Shown here piece by piece: positions 18,175-25,785 of a stretch of DNA of 35,540 nt. A program made the position numbers and the translations under genes. Under the pieces are notes generated by a model. It saw only the letters and a list, made by a program, of their open reading frames with translations, was not told where the DNA came from and did no database searches. Every line of letters begins with the position of its first letter. The stretch's first letter is position 1. The stretch comes from Gemmatimonadales bacterium. Its GTDB lineage: Bacteria > Gemmatimonadota > Gemmatimonadetes > Gemmatimonadales > GWC2-71-9. The stretch is from contig DATLZT010000207.1 in assembly GCA_035573835.1 (NCBI GenBank), positions 1-35,540 on the forward strand. Reading direction: 5' to 3'.

Positions 18175-18304
18175 TGACGTAGGGGACCGCGGCGCCGAAC
18201 GTGCGGTGGCGATCCCCACGAGCGAGGTCGCACCACACCGCGTCAGGCGCCCGGGCGACCCATCCCGTCGGCGAGGGCCGGCGTCGCCGCGCACGGGGGC
18301 ACGG

Positions 18305-18330
18305 CCTCGGCCGCTGGCCTCGGCCGCTGG
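18305..18330. repeat. Perfect tandem duplication of the 13-mer CCTCGGCCGCTGG
   Basis: 18305-18317 and 18318-18330 are identical, followed by a partial third copy (CCGCGG). Lies in the intergenic region between convergent genes. Confidence 0.9.
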
Positions 18331-18342
18331 CCGCGGCGGACG

Positions 18343-18363
18343 GGACCGCACCCGGGGCGGTCC
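18343..18363. terminator. Small G+C hairpin abutting the stop of the 18364-19674 gene
   Basis: GGACCGC (18343-18349) pairs with GCGGTCC (18357-18363) around a 7-nt loop. No U-tract. Confidence 0.25.
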
Positions 18364-19674
18364 TCAGCAGCGAGGATCGCCCAGCGCCGTCCTCAGGATG
18401 ACCGGCTCCCGGATCCCGTCCAGCCCCGCGAGCCCACCCTGCGGCGCGAGACGTCGCAGCTCGCTGTTGGCGATGTAGTGGAAATCCCGGTCCACGAGAG
18501 TACCAGTGGTCGGCACCCCCTCGAAGAGCGGATGGTTCGCCTCGAGCACCTCCACCCGCTCGACGGTCCGCCCGCCTTGCCCGAGCCGGAGCCGCAGCAC
18601 CCGCGCCGGGCCGAGCGCGTTCTGGATCGCGACGAGGTCGCACCCGTGCCGCACGAGGCCGTCGATGCCCATGAGCGGCTCGGGCGCGCCCGCGACCGCC
18701 GTCGCCTGACCGGTGGCCAGCTCGATCGCCTGGAGCCCGAGCCCGCTCGCCACGTAGAGGAGCCGCTCGTCGGCCGAGAGGGCGAGCCCGTTGGCGAACG
18801 GGTGGGTGCCGGGGGGCGCGATCACCTCGAGCTCGAGCCGGCCCACGCGGGCCCGGAAGACGGCCCCGCCGTCGGTGTCGCTCACGTACGCCGACCCGTC
18901 CCGGGCGACGGCGACGTCGTTGAAGAAGTGCCGCTCTCCCGGCCCGCCCAGCGACCAGGACTGGACCACGGCACCGCGGTCGGCGTCGATGGCGAACAGC
19001 GTGCTCCGGCCCTGCAGGCTGTCCAGCGCCCCGGCCTGCGGCGTGCCGGCCGCGGCCCAGAGGCGGCGGCGCTCCGGGTCCACCTCGAGGCCCACGACCA
19101 CCGGGAGCGGGAGCCTGACGAACGCGTGCGGGGTCCGGCGAGCGGCCGTGTCGGCGGCGGACACCGCGACGATGGTCCCCTTGTGCAGGCTCCCGACGAA
19201 GAAGCGCCGGCCCTTCGGATCGTAGGCGATCCCCTCGGGGACCAGGTCGCGCTCGGCGATGGTGAACGCCTCGGCGCTGGTCCGCACCGGCCGGCGGCGC
19301 GCCTCGATCGTGGCGCGGAGCGGCGCGAAGCCAGGGTGGGGCCAGAGCGCGGCGAAGGCGCTGTCCCGATCGGCATCGTGGCCCGCGCCGCGGGCCAGGG
19401 CCCGCTCGAGCGTGGCGAGCGCCGCCTCCGGATGGCCGGCGAGCGCCTGGGCGCGGGCGTACTGGTGGAGCACGATCGGATGCTCCGGCGCCGCTTCCGC
19501 CACCTGGGCGAAGAGCCGCTCGGCCTCGGCGTAGTCGCCGCGCGCGAGCGCCGCGGCCGCGTCCCGGAACGAGGCGCCGCGCCGCTGTGCCCCCGCCACC
19601 GCCGGGATCGCGCTCGACAGCAGGAGCCACGAGGCGAGTCCCGCCACCACTCGAGCGTTGCGAGTCCATCGCAT
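18364..19674 (-). CDS. Secreted protein: N-terminal TPR-like helices plus a beta-propeller of the SMP-30/gluconolactonase/strictosidine-synthase type
   Basis: ATG 19674 has GAGGAG 8 nt upstream. Signal peptide MRWTRNARVVAGLASWLLLSSAIPAVAGA. TPR-like segment YAEAERLFAQVAEAAPEHPIVLHQYARAQALAGHPEAALATLERALA. Propeller-like repeats PEGIAYDPKGRRFFVGS, FNDVAVARDGSAYVSDT, ANGLALSADERLLYVA. 436 aa. Confidence 0.7.
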   Translation of the reverse strand: MRWTRNARVVAGLASWLLLSSAIPAVAGAQRRGASFRDAAAALARGDYAEAERLFAQVAEAAPEHPIVLHQYARAQALAGHPEAALATLERALARGAGHDADRDSAFAALWPHPGFAPLRATIEARRRPVRTSAEAFTIAERDLVPEGIAYDPKGRRFFVGSLHKGTIVAVSAADTAARRTPHAFVRLPLPVVVGLEVDPERRRLWAAAGTPQAGALDSLQGRSTLFAIDADRGAVVQSWSLGGPGERHFFNDVAVARDGSAYVSDTDGGAVFRARVGRLELEVIAPPGTHPFANGLALSADERLLYVASGLGLQAIELATGQATAVAGAPEPLMGIDGLVRHGCDLVAIQNALGPARVLRLRLGQGGRTVERVEVLEANHPLFEGVPTTGTLVDRDFHYIANSELRRLAPQGGLAGLDGIREPVILRTALGDPRC

Positions 19675-19703
19675 GCCTGCCGCTCCTCGGATCGGGAGTC
19701 CTC

Positions 19704-19745
19704 CCGTACGTGGGCGGCATCGTGACGGTTTCCGCCACGGTACGG
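19704..19745 (-). promoter_or_regulatory. Imperfect stem-loop in the putative 5' leader of the 18364-19674 gene
   Basis: On the minus strand, CCGTACCGTGGCGG-(14 nt)-CCGCCCACGTACGG pairs as 6+4+3 bp with two single-nucleotide bulges. Its 3' end lies 29 nt upstream of the ATG at 19674. Confidence 0.25.
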
Positions 19746-20233
19746 CGGCCGGGAACCCGGGGGCGCGCGGGGCCTCCCCGCCGACCCACGACTCCGCCCT
19801 GAGGAGGATCCGGCGCAGGCTCGGCCCCAGCGACAACGACATCGAGCCGCTCCCCCGGGTAGCGTTGGACGCCTGACAACAGCGCCAATTGACGCCGGCG
19901 GGGGCCGGCCGACTTCGAGCGGGCCGCCGACCGGCCGAGGAGTAGCGGAGCCGTCGGGTTTCGCCGCGAGGCACGGATCCACCCGCTCGATCCGCCGGGA
20001 GAACCGGATCCCGTCGTCCACGTGCCGGGAAACGACTCGCCCGTCATCGCCGCCACGAGGACCGGCGGTGTGCCGCCCCACGTGTCCAAGATCAGGCTTG
20101 CCGAGGTCTCCCGCACCGAGCAACGCGCCGCCCTGTCCCCGGCGACCCGGCCCCGGGAACGCGCCCTGCGCGACCTCGAGCGACAGGTTCTCCCCCATCA
20201 ACCGAGGGCACCGGCGAGTCCACCCTCACCGAG

Positions 20234-20623
20234 TCAGCGTCGACCTCCGCGCCGTCGATAGACCTGACGCCACTCGCGGCGGGCGTCCCCGACCGATGGC
20301 CCATCCCGCTGCTCGGCCAAGTGCGCCGGGATCTGCCGTCGGCACCGGGCGCACTGCATGGTCTGCAGCACACCGGCCCACGGATCCTCCTCGGCGAGCC
20401 CGGGATCGATCATCGATACCACGCCGGGCTCCCGAGACCCGCACTCGGGGCAGATGAAGCGTGCTTGGTCCACTCGGCAATCCTCGCCCTGACAGGAGGG
20501 TTGTTCGTTCGCCTCCGCCGCTGGCTCGGGACCGCGGGGCGCCTCGGTCGCTGGCCCTGAGAGTACCTCGAACCCGGCGGCGTCATACGGTGGGCCCTGC
20601 CGTGAGGGTAGCTCGCCCGCCAT
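20234..20623 (-). CDS. Hypothetical zinc-ribbon protein (129 aa)
   Basis: ATG 20623. Two CxxC pairs about 30 residues apart (FICPECGS ... MQCARCRRQIP) plus CQGEDC. Third-position G/C is visibly lower than in neighbouring genes, with many A/T-ending codons. The rest of track ORF 20234..21565 is antisense to the lipoprotein gene. Confidence 0.45.
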   Translation of the reverse strand: MAGELPSRQGPPYDAAGFEVLSGPATEAPRGPEPAAEANEQPSCQGEDCRVDQARFICPECGSREPGVVSMIDPGLAEEDPWAGVLQTMQCARCRRQIPAHLAEQRDGPSVGDARREWRQVYRRRGGRR

Positions 20624-20740
20624 CGTCGCACCAGACTTCGTCGGCCGGTGGATCGGATGGCACCCCGAGGTGCGCGGAGGGTCCCGATGCCGGCGGCGCT
20701 GGTCGCCGCCCACTCGTACAACCGAACCAACGAGGAGTGG

Positions 20741-22246
20741 ATGAGGCACGCGATCCAGCGGATGGGGAATCTCGCCTTCACTCTCGCCGCCCTGGCCCTG
20801 GCGGCCTGCGGCGGCGGCTCGTCGACCGGCCCGGGCAAGCTGCCGGCGATCCGGCCCACCGAGCCCGGCACCCCGACCGGCCCGGCGGTGACCGCCGTGA
20901 TCGGCGCCGAGGGCGGCAGCCTGGCCACCGCCGACGGGGCGATCACGCTCACCGTGCCGGCGGGCGCGGTCTCCGGCGCCACCACCTTCTCCATCTTGCC
21001 GGTCACCAACAACGCGCACGGCGGGCTCAACGCCGCCTATCGATTGGAGCCGCACGGCATCGCGTTCGCCCAGCCGGTGCGGATCGCCTTCCGCTACACC
21101 GATGCCGACCTGGCCGGGACCACGCCGGAGCTGCTCCGCCTCGCCTACCAGGACCAGGCCGGCTATTGGCTCATGTACCGCCGGCCCACGCTCGACGAAG
21201 ACGCCCGCACCGTGTCGGTCGAGACCACCCACTTCAGCGACTGGTCGATGGTGGCGGGGGCGCAGCTCCGGCCGGCCGAGGCGTCGGTGCGGGTGGGCAC
21301 CACGCTCGAGCTCCGGGTGCGCGACTGCTACGCCGACCCGGACGCGGGCCACGACGATCCCGGCGTCCCGGTGGGCTACGACTGCCGCGACGGGTTCTAC
21401 GCCATCACGGCCAAGCACTGGGCGGTGAACGGCACCGCCGGGGGGAGCGCCGGGGTGGGCACCGTCACCGCGGGGCCGGAGGACGGCATGGCGACCTACC
21501 AGGCGCCGGCCACCGTCCCCGCCGCCAATCCGGTGGCCGTCTCGGTCGCGTTCGGCGGAGCCCATCCGGGGGACGAGGGGATCCTGGTCTCCAACATCAC
21601 CGTCACCGACGCGGCCGGCTCGTGTGCCGAGCTACGGGACGTGGAGAGCTGGAACGGCACGTTCGGCCTGTCCTACACCTTCAGCGGCGTCAACCAGGAC
21701 CAGGACGAGCTGACGATCACCCACTGGGCCGAGGTGACCGCCCAGCTCCGGAAGATCTCCGAGGGCCCGGCCGGCGTGAGCTGGCAGGGGCCGCTGACGG
21801 GGCTGGTGTCGGTGGAGGACCGGCACCTGGAGCACAGCCCGGGCGGCGACGTGGTCACCACCGTGGACGGGAGCGGGCCGCCGCTCAGGCAGGGAACGGT
21901 CGGCGACCAGGTGCACGCCTATCTCAACGTCGATCTCGCCAACTGCACTTACCACCTCGGCATGGTGCCCGGGGTCGCGGCGGTCACCAACCGCACCGGC
22001 GAACCGCCGGCCGACACCGAGGTGCGGCTCGGCATGGTCCGGAGCGACCATCGCCCGACCGGCGGCTCGACCAACCTGACCGGGGGGAAGGACTTCGAGG
22101 CGCACAGCGTCCTGTGGGGCCACCGGAATGGGGGCGACGCCTATTTCCCCGACGGGCTGGGCCAGTTGATCTTCCTCGACGGATATGCCACCGACGGCAC
22201 GGCGGGCACGGCACGGGTGGAGTGGTCGTTCCAGCCGGGGGAGTAG
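20741..22246 (+). CDS. Large lipoprotein of unknown function (501 aa)
   Basis: ATG 20741 follows GAGGAG. Lipoprotein signal MRHAIQRMGNLAFTLAALALAAC with lipobox LAAC, then a Gly/Ser/Pro linker. A segment GAITLTVPAGAVSGATTFSILPV...YRLEPHGIAFAQPVRIAFRY...HFSDWS follows, and then an Ig-like-looking segment (ASVRVGTTLELRV...WAVNG...GTVTAG...ATYQAP). The C-terminal half has no recognised family. Confidence 0.75.
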   Translation: MRHAIQRMGNLAFTLAALALAACGGGSSTGPGKLPAIRPTEPGTPTGPAVTAVIGAEGGSLATADGAITLTVPAGAVSGATTFSILPVTNNAHGGLNAAYRLEPHGIAFAQPVRIAFRYTDADLAGTTPELLRLAYQDQAGYWLMYRRPTLDEDARTVSVETTHFSDWSMVAGAQLRPAEASVRVGTTLELRVRDCYADPDAGHDDPGVPVGYDCRDGFYAITAKHWAVNGTAGGSAGVGTVTAGPEDGMATYQAPATVPAANPVAVSVAFGGAHPGDEGILVSNITVTDAAGSCAELRDVESWNGTFGLSYTFSGVNQDQDELTITHWAEVTAQLRKISEGPAGVSWQGPLTGLVSVEDRHLEHSPGGDVVTTVDGSGPPLRQGTVGDQVHAYLNVDLANCTYHLGMVPGVAAVTNRTGEPPADTEVRLGMVRSDHRPTGGSTNLTGGKDFEAHSVLWGHRNGGDAYFPDGLGQLIFLDGYATDGTAGTARVEWSFQPGE

Positions 22247-22265
22247 GCCGGATCCGATCGCGCGC

Positions 22266-22307
22266 CGTCCGGCCCGGGCGACGCCTGAGCTCCACCCGGG
22301 CCGGACG
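22266..22307. terminator. Bidirectional hairpin between convergent genes
   Basis: Perfect 13-bp stem: CGTCCGGCCCGGG (22266-22278) pairs with CCCGGGCCGGACG (22295-22307) around a 16-nt loop. It lies between the stop at 22246 (+) and the stop at 22311 (-). Confidence 0.5.
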
Positions 22308-22310
22308 CGT

Positions 22311-22850
22311 TCACCTCGCCGCCTTCCAGAGCCCGGGGTAGTCGCTGACGAAACCGTCTTCCGTCACGGTGAGGAGCGCGGCGTACCCCGCCGTGGGCGA
22401 CTCGTACCAATAGGTCCGCTCATCGCGCCGCTCGTACCGCTGCGGCAGCCGCCTCAAGGTCCAGCGCTCGTCGTCGAGCCAGGCAGCCTCGGCGTCCGCC
22501 CCCTGCCCCGGCTCGAGCGCGAGCCGGCGGATCGGGAAGAGGTTCGTGGCCGGGGTGAAGCCGAGGTCGAGGTCGACCAGCCCCTGGAGCTCGGGCGCCG
22601 GCACGCCGTCGATGAGCCACGCGTCCCCGGCCCCCCGCACCGCGAGGAGGCGGATTTCCCGTTCACCGACCCTGCCCTGAACCTCGGCCCGGCGGGTGCG
22701 CCAGGCGTCGTCCGCTTCGACCGCGTAGTGGAGCCTGGCGGCCGCACGGCCGGCGCCGAACTGGGCGAGTCCCTCGACGCGCCACCCGCGCGGCAGGCGC
22801 ACCAGCTCGCACTCGTCGGTGCCGGGAGGATCGAGTCGTTGCCAGCGCAT
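22311..22850 (-). CDS. Putative glycolipid-binding domain protein (PF06475/DUF1089-like)
   Basis: Start taken at ATG 22850 (MRWQRLDPPGTDECELVRL...). LHYAVEADDAWRTRRAEV, DLDLGFTPATNLFPIRRL and ALLTVTEDGFVSDYPGLW match the family pattern (W-x-rld..g.E; DvDl..tP.TN.lPirRl; GlV.dYpglw). 179 aa. Confidence 0.75.
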   Translation of the reverse strand: MRWQRLDPPGTDECELVRLPRGWRVEGLAQFGAGRAAARLHYAVEADDAWRTRRAEVQGRVGEREIRLLAVRGAGDAWLIDGVPAPELQGLVDLDLGFTPATNLFPIRRLALEPGQGADAEAAWLDDERWTLRRLPQRYERRDERTYWYESPTAGYAALLTVTEDGFVSDYPGLWKAAR

Positions 22851-23338
22851 GGGTCTCACGTGGGTCGGCCGCTGGAGTTCGGCGGGGACCATCGTGGAGT
22901 CCGCGCCCGCGGCGAGGTCGGATCGTCGCCTGGGTGACGTCCCGGCGGACTACATGCCTGAACCTGCCCAGATCGTGGTCGAAGGTAATGGCCACGGTGT
23001 CACGGTCGAGCGGCGCACCCTCGTGCCCGAATCAGTGGGCCACGCTCACACGATCCCCGGTGGGCGGCTCCCACCGGAGCCAGGACGTCCGTGTCGAATC
23101 CGCCTTGAGTCGCGCGGCCCCGCTGCATGGCGAAGGCCATCACGACGGCCTCCTCACCCGACCTGCAACGCCCCGCGGTTCGGTGCCGGGACGATTCGCA
23201 GGCCATGAAGGAGATCCCGGCTCGGGCGGCCTCGCCGACAACGGATGCACGTTGCTCATGAGGCATGGATGAGTCGGGTCACGTGCACGCCCGGGGCCGC
23301 GGCTCGCGCAGCGGAGGACGGGCGGCCGGCGACACGAA

Positions 23339-23368
23339 GCCCCGCGCATCGGCAAGCGACGGCGGGGC
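23339..23368 (-). terminator. Candidate hairpin terminator downstream of tRNA-Val
   Basis: On the minus strand, GCCCCGC-(16 nt)-GCGGGGC is followed by TTCGTGTCGCC. It starts 17 nt after the tRNA 3' end. Confidence 0.3.
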
Positions 23369-23384
23369 GGCGACTTGGGGGCGA

Positions 23385-23458
23385 TGGGCGATGAGGGACT
23401 CGAACCCCCGACCTCGCGCATGTGAGGCGCGCGCTCTAACCAGCTGAGCTAATCGCCC
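23385..23458 (-). tRNA. tRNA-Val (anticodon CAC)
   Basis: The minus strand reads GGGCGAT TA GCTC AGCTGGTTA GAGC G CGCGC CTCACAT GCGCG AGGTC GGGGG TTCGAGT CCCTC ATCGCCC A. This is a full 74-nt cloverleaf and closely resembles bacterial tRNA-Val. CCA is not encoded. Confidence 0.95.
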
Positions 23459-23564
23459 GCGGCAGGCGGAGCGGGATTCTAATGGAGTCCCCCCACCGGG
23501 GCAAGCGTCCGCACCCGCGGCAACCACCCGGCCCGGACCGACGCCTCCCCTGCCCTCGGCGGAC

Positions 23565-24065
23565 TCAGGCCGGGTTGTCCCCCCGGAGGTCGGGCCGCTC
23601 ATTGAGGGTGAGCCAGTAGTAGCGGATCGCCCGCACCAGGTCGACCAGCGGGCCCAGCCCTACCGGCTTCACCAGGTACGAGTTGGCCCCCAGTTCGTAC
23701 GCCGTGGCGATGTCTCCCGGCTCGCGCGAGCCCGAGAGCATCACCACCGGCAGCCGCCTGAGCCCCGCTTCCCCGCGGATCCACCGCAGCACCTCGAGCC
23801 CCGAGCGGCAGGGGAGCTTCACGTCCAGGAGGAGCAGCGCCGGAAGCGGCGGCGCCCGCTCGCCGGGCCGGGGGGCCACGGCCTCGCTCAGGACCTGGAT
23901 CGCCTCCTCCCCGTCCCGTGCCCGCACCACCGCCTCGGCCAGTTCGACCTTCCGGAAGGCGCGGTCCAGCAGCTCGAAGTCGTCGGCGTCGTCCTCCACC
24001 ACCAGGATGTGCCCCGGGTGGCGGTACACGAGCGGTTCCCGCCGGGCGTGAGCGTCCGTTGCCAT
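23565..24065 (-). CDS. Single-domain response regulator (REC only, Rcp1/CheY-like)
   Basis: ILVVEDDADDFELL (acidic pocket), LLLLDVKLP (phospho-acceptor Asp), PVVMLSGS, ANSYLVKP (conserved Lys). 166 aa with no output domain. No histidine kinase is present in the window. Confidence 0.9.
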   Translation of the reverse strand: MATDAHARREPLVYRHPGHILVVEDDADDFELLDRAFRKVELAEAVVRARDGEEAIQVLSEAVAPRPGERAPPLPALLLLDVKLPCRSGLEVLRWIRGEAGLRRLPVVMLSGSREPGDIATAYELGANSYLVKPVGLGPLVDLVRAIRYYWLTLNERPDLRGDNPA

Positions 24066-24108
24066 CGTGTCTCGCGCTGATGTGGAATGGAGACCGGCGG
24101 CCGGAGCC

Positions 24109-24345
24109 TCAGGCCGCCTTCCGGGTGTGGTCGGGCGTGCACTCGATCACGTCGCCCGGTCCCACCGAGAAGATGTCGCAGAGCGCCTCGAGCACCGAGG
24201 CGCGAATACAGGAGAACCGGCCGTCGGCTCGGGCCAGCCGGTAGGCCGAAGAGAGACTGATGCGCCCGCCCGATGCCTTGGCCAGGCGGTAGGGCGTCAT
24301 CCCGCGGGCGCGGAGCAGTTCCTGGACTCTGAGCTGGATCGCCAT
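24109..24345 (-). CDS. XRE-family helix-turn-helix transcriptional regulator (78 aa)
   Basis: Start taken at ATG 24345 (MAIQLRVQELLRARGMTPYRLAKASGGRISLSSAYRLARADGRFSCIRASVLEALCDIFSVGPGDVIE). This is the typical short HTH_XRE layout, with a ...L.ALC..L.V.pgDl.E tail. Confidence 0.8.
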   Translation of the reverse strand: MAIQLRVQELLRARGMTPYRLAKASGGRISLSSAYRLARADGRFSCIRASVLEALCDIFSVGPGDVIECTPDHTRKAA

Positions 24346-24597
24346 GTACGTGGTCCGTCTCGGCTTCCTCGTCCGCACCGCCACCGGTCACGACGCCAGC
24401 ACGGTCGGCGAACGATACGGTACGGCGCGCCCGTGGCGCGCACAAGACTGGTCGCGGCCCGGCAACGGCGGCGCCGCGCACGGAGGCGTATACCCTGCCG
24501 GGCGTGCCCGGGTGCCCTATGTGATTGGAGTAGGAATCCCCGCGTGCACCAGGTCACGCTCGGCCGGGGGCGGCAGGGGCAGAGAGAGGGAGGACAA

Positions 24598-24671
24598 TGG
24601 GCCCTGTGGGATTCGAACCCACGACCGACGGATTATGAGTCCGCTGCTCTAACCGACTGAGCTAAGGGCCC
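24598..24671 (-). tRNA. tRNA with CAT anticodon: elongator Met or, more likely, lysidine-dependent Ile2
   Basis: The minus strand reads GGGCCCT TA GCTC AGTCGGTTA GAGC A GCGGA CTCATAA TCCGT CGGTC GTGGG TTCGAAT CCCAC AGGGCCC A, 74 nt. It is not initiator-like: there is no 1:72 mismatch and no three consecutive G-C pairs at the base of the anticodon stem. The acceptor stem and overall sequence resemble E. coli ileX. CCA is not encoded. Confidence 0.9.
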
Positions 24672-24684
24672 GACGACGTCAAAG

Positions 24685-25785
24685 CTAATCGCGCCAGCCA
24701 TCGGCCGACGCCCGCGCCTGCAGCAGCCGTTGATACAGCTCGACGTGGCGCTCGGCCATCGCCTCCCGGGTGAAATGGGCCTGCACCCGGCGGCGGCCCG
24801 CGTCCCCCATCCGGCGCCGGAGCCCCGGGTCGCGCGCCATGAGCTCGAGCGCATGGGCCAGCGCATCCACGTCGCGGATCGGCACCTCGAGCCCCGTCTC
24901 GCCCGGCACGTTCACCTCCCGCACCCCGGTGGGCACCGCAGTGGTGATCACCGGCCGCCCGGCCGCCATCGCCTCCAACGCCACCAGACCGAACATCTCC
25001 TCCACCGTCACCGACGGGAGCACCAGGAAGTCCGCCTCCGCCATCCGACGGGGTAGGTCCTCGTCGGGATACTCGCCGTACCAGCGGACCCGGTCGGCCA
25101 GCGCGAGCGCCTGTGCCAACGTCTTGAGTCGCGGCGCCTCCGGCCCGGTCCCCACCACGTCGAGCCGGAGATCGGGCACCCGCTCGAGCGCGCGGAGGAG
25201 GATGTCGAGGCCCTTGTACCGCACCAGCCGCCCGATGAAGAGCGCCTTGGGGGGGGCGCCGTCGGGACGCGGCGGGACGGCGGCCCAGCGGCGCACATCG
25301 ATGCCGAACGGGATCACCTCGACCTTCGACTCATGCCCGCTCAGCTCCTTCGAGAGCGCCACGTGGGCGCGGCTCGGGACCACGATCGCGGCCGCCCGCG
25401 CGAGGACCGCCCGCGCCAGGATCCGGTATGACGGACGATGGGCGTCGGCGTGTTGCGTCACCACCAGCGCCGCCCGCCGGGTGCGGATCAGGGCGGCGAG
25501 ATCGGCCAGCGGATGCGGGTGGTGCACGTGGATCACGTCGGCCCGCCGGTGCGCCGCCGCCAGGTAGCCGGGCGCGATCTCCTGGGAGCCGAGCGCGCCG
25601 AAAGAGAACACCCGCGTGACCCGGGCCGGTTGGCGTCCCCGGTCACCGCGGCGGCCCCCGCTCTGCACCGCGACCACCTGCACCTGGTGCCCCAGCGCGG
25701 CCGCGCCCTCGGCGAGGTCCTGCACGACACGCTCCATCCCGCCGGAGTGGGGCCAGTAATACTTCGCGAGGTGCAAGATGCGCAT
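24685..25785 (-). CDS. Glycosyltransferase family 4 (GT-B fold)
   Basis: Internal ATG 25785 (MRILHLAKYYWPHSGGMERVV...). FIGRLVRYKGLD. EX7E region PSVTVEEMFGLVALEAMAAGRPVI. 366 aa. Confidence 0.88.
   Translation of the reverse strand: MRILHLAKYYWPHSGGMERVVQDLAEGAAALGHQVQVVAVQSGGRRGDRGRQPARVTRVFSFGALGSQEIAPGYLAAAHRRADVIHVHHPHPLADLAALIRTRRAALVVTQHADAHRPSYRILARAVLARAAAIVVPSRAHVALSKELSGHESKVEVIPFGIDVRRWAAVPPRPDGAPPKALFIGRLVRYKGLDILLRALERVPDLRLDVVGTGPEAPRLKTLAQALALADRVRWYGEYPDEDLPRRMAEADFLVLPSVTVEEMFGLVALEAMAAGRPVITTAVPTGVREVNVPGETGLEVPIRDVDALAHALELMARDPGLRRRMGDAGRRRVQAHFTREAMAERHVELYQRLLQARASADGWRD

Noticed and set aside
18305-18330. Checked whether the 13-nt tandem repeat, or any other repeats, could be a CRISPR array.
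   Set aside because: There are only two adjacent copies with no spacers. No other regularly spaced repeats and no cas genes were seen in the window.
18882-20201. 439-aa minus ORF whose first approximately 40 residues vaguely resemble an ABC-ATPase Walker-A region.
   Set aside because: The Walker-A Lys and Ser/Thr are absent and the spacing is off by one. The ORF runs out of frame through the well-supported 18364-19674 gene. It is kept only as a possible remnant in the gap finding.
23000-23266. 88-aa minus ORF with ...ARAGISFMACESS..., faintly reminiscent of the C-terminal half of DsrE-like proteins.
   Set aside because: It starts four codons after an in-frame stop, lacks the N-terminal half of any such fold, has mixed codon bias, and the resemblance is a single short motif.
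22851-24684. Looked for integrase, transposase, or direct repeats of tRNA 3' ends flanking tRNA-Val and tRNA(CAT).
   Set aside because: No recombinase-like ORF and no att-like duplication were visible by eye, so no mobile element is called.
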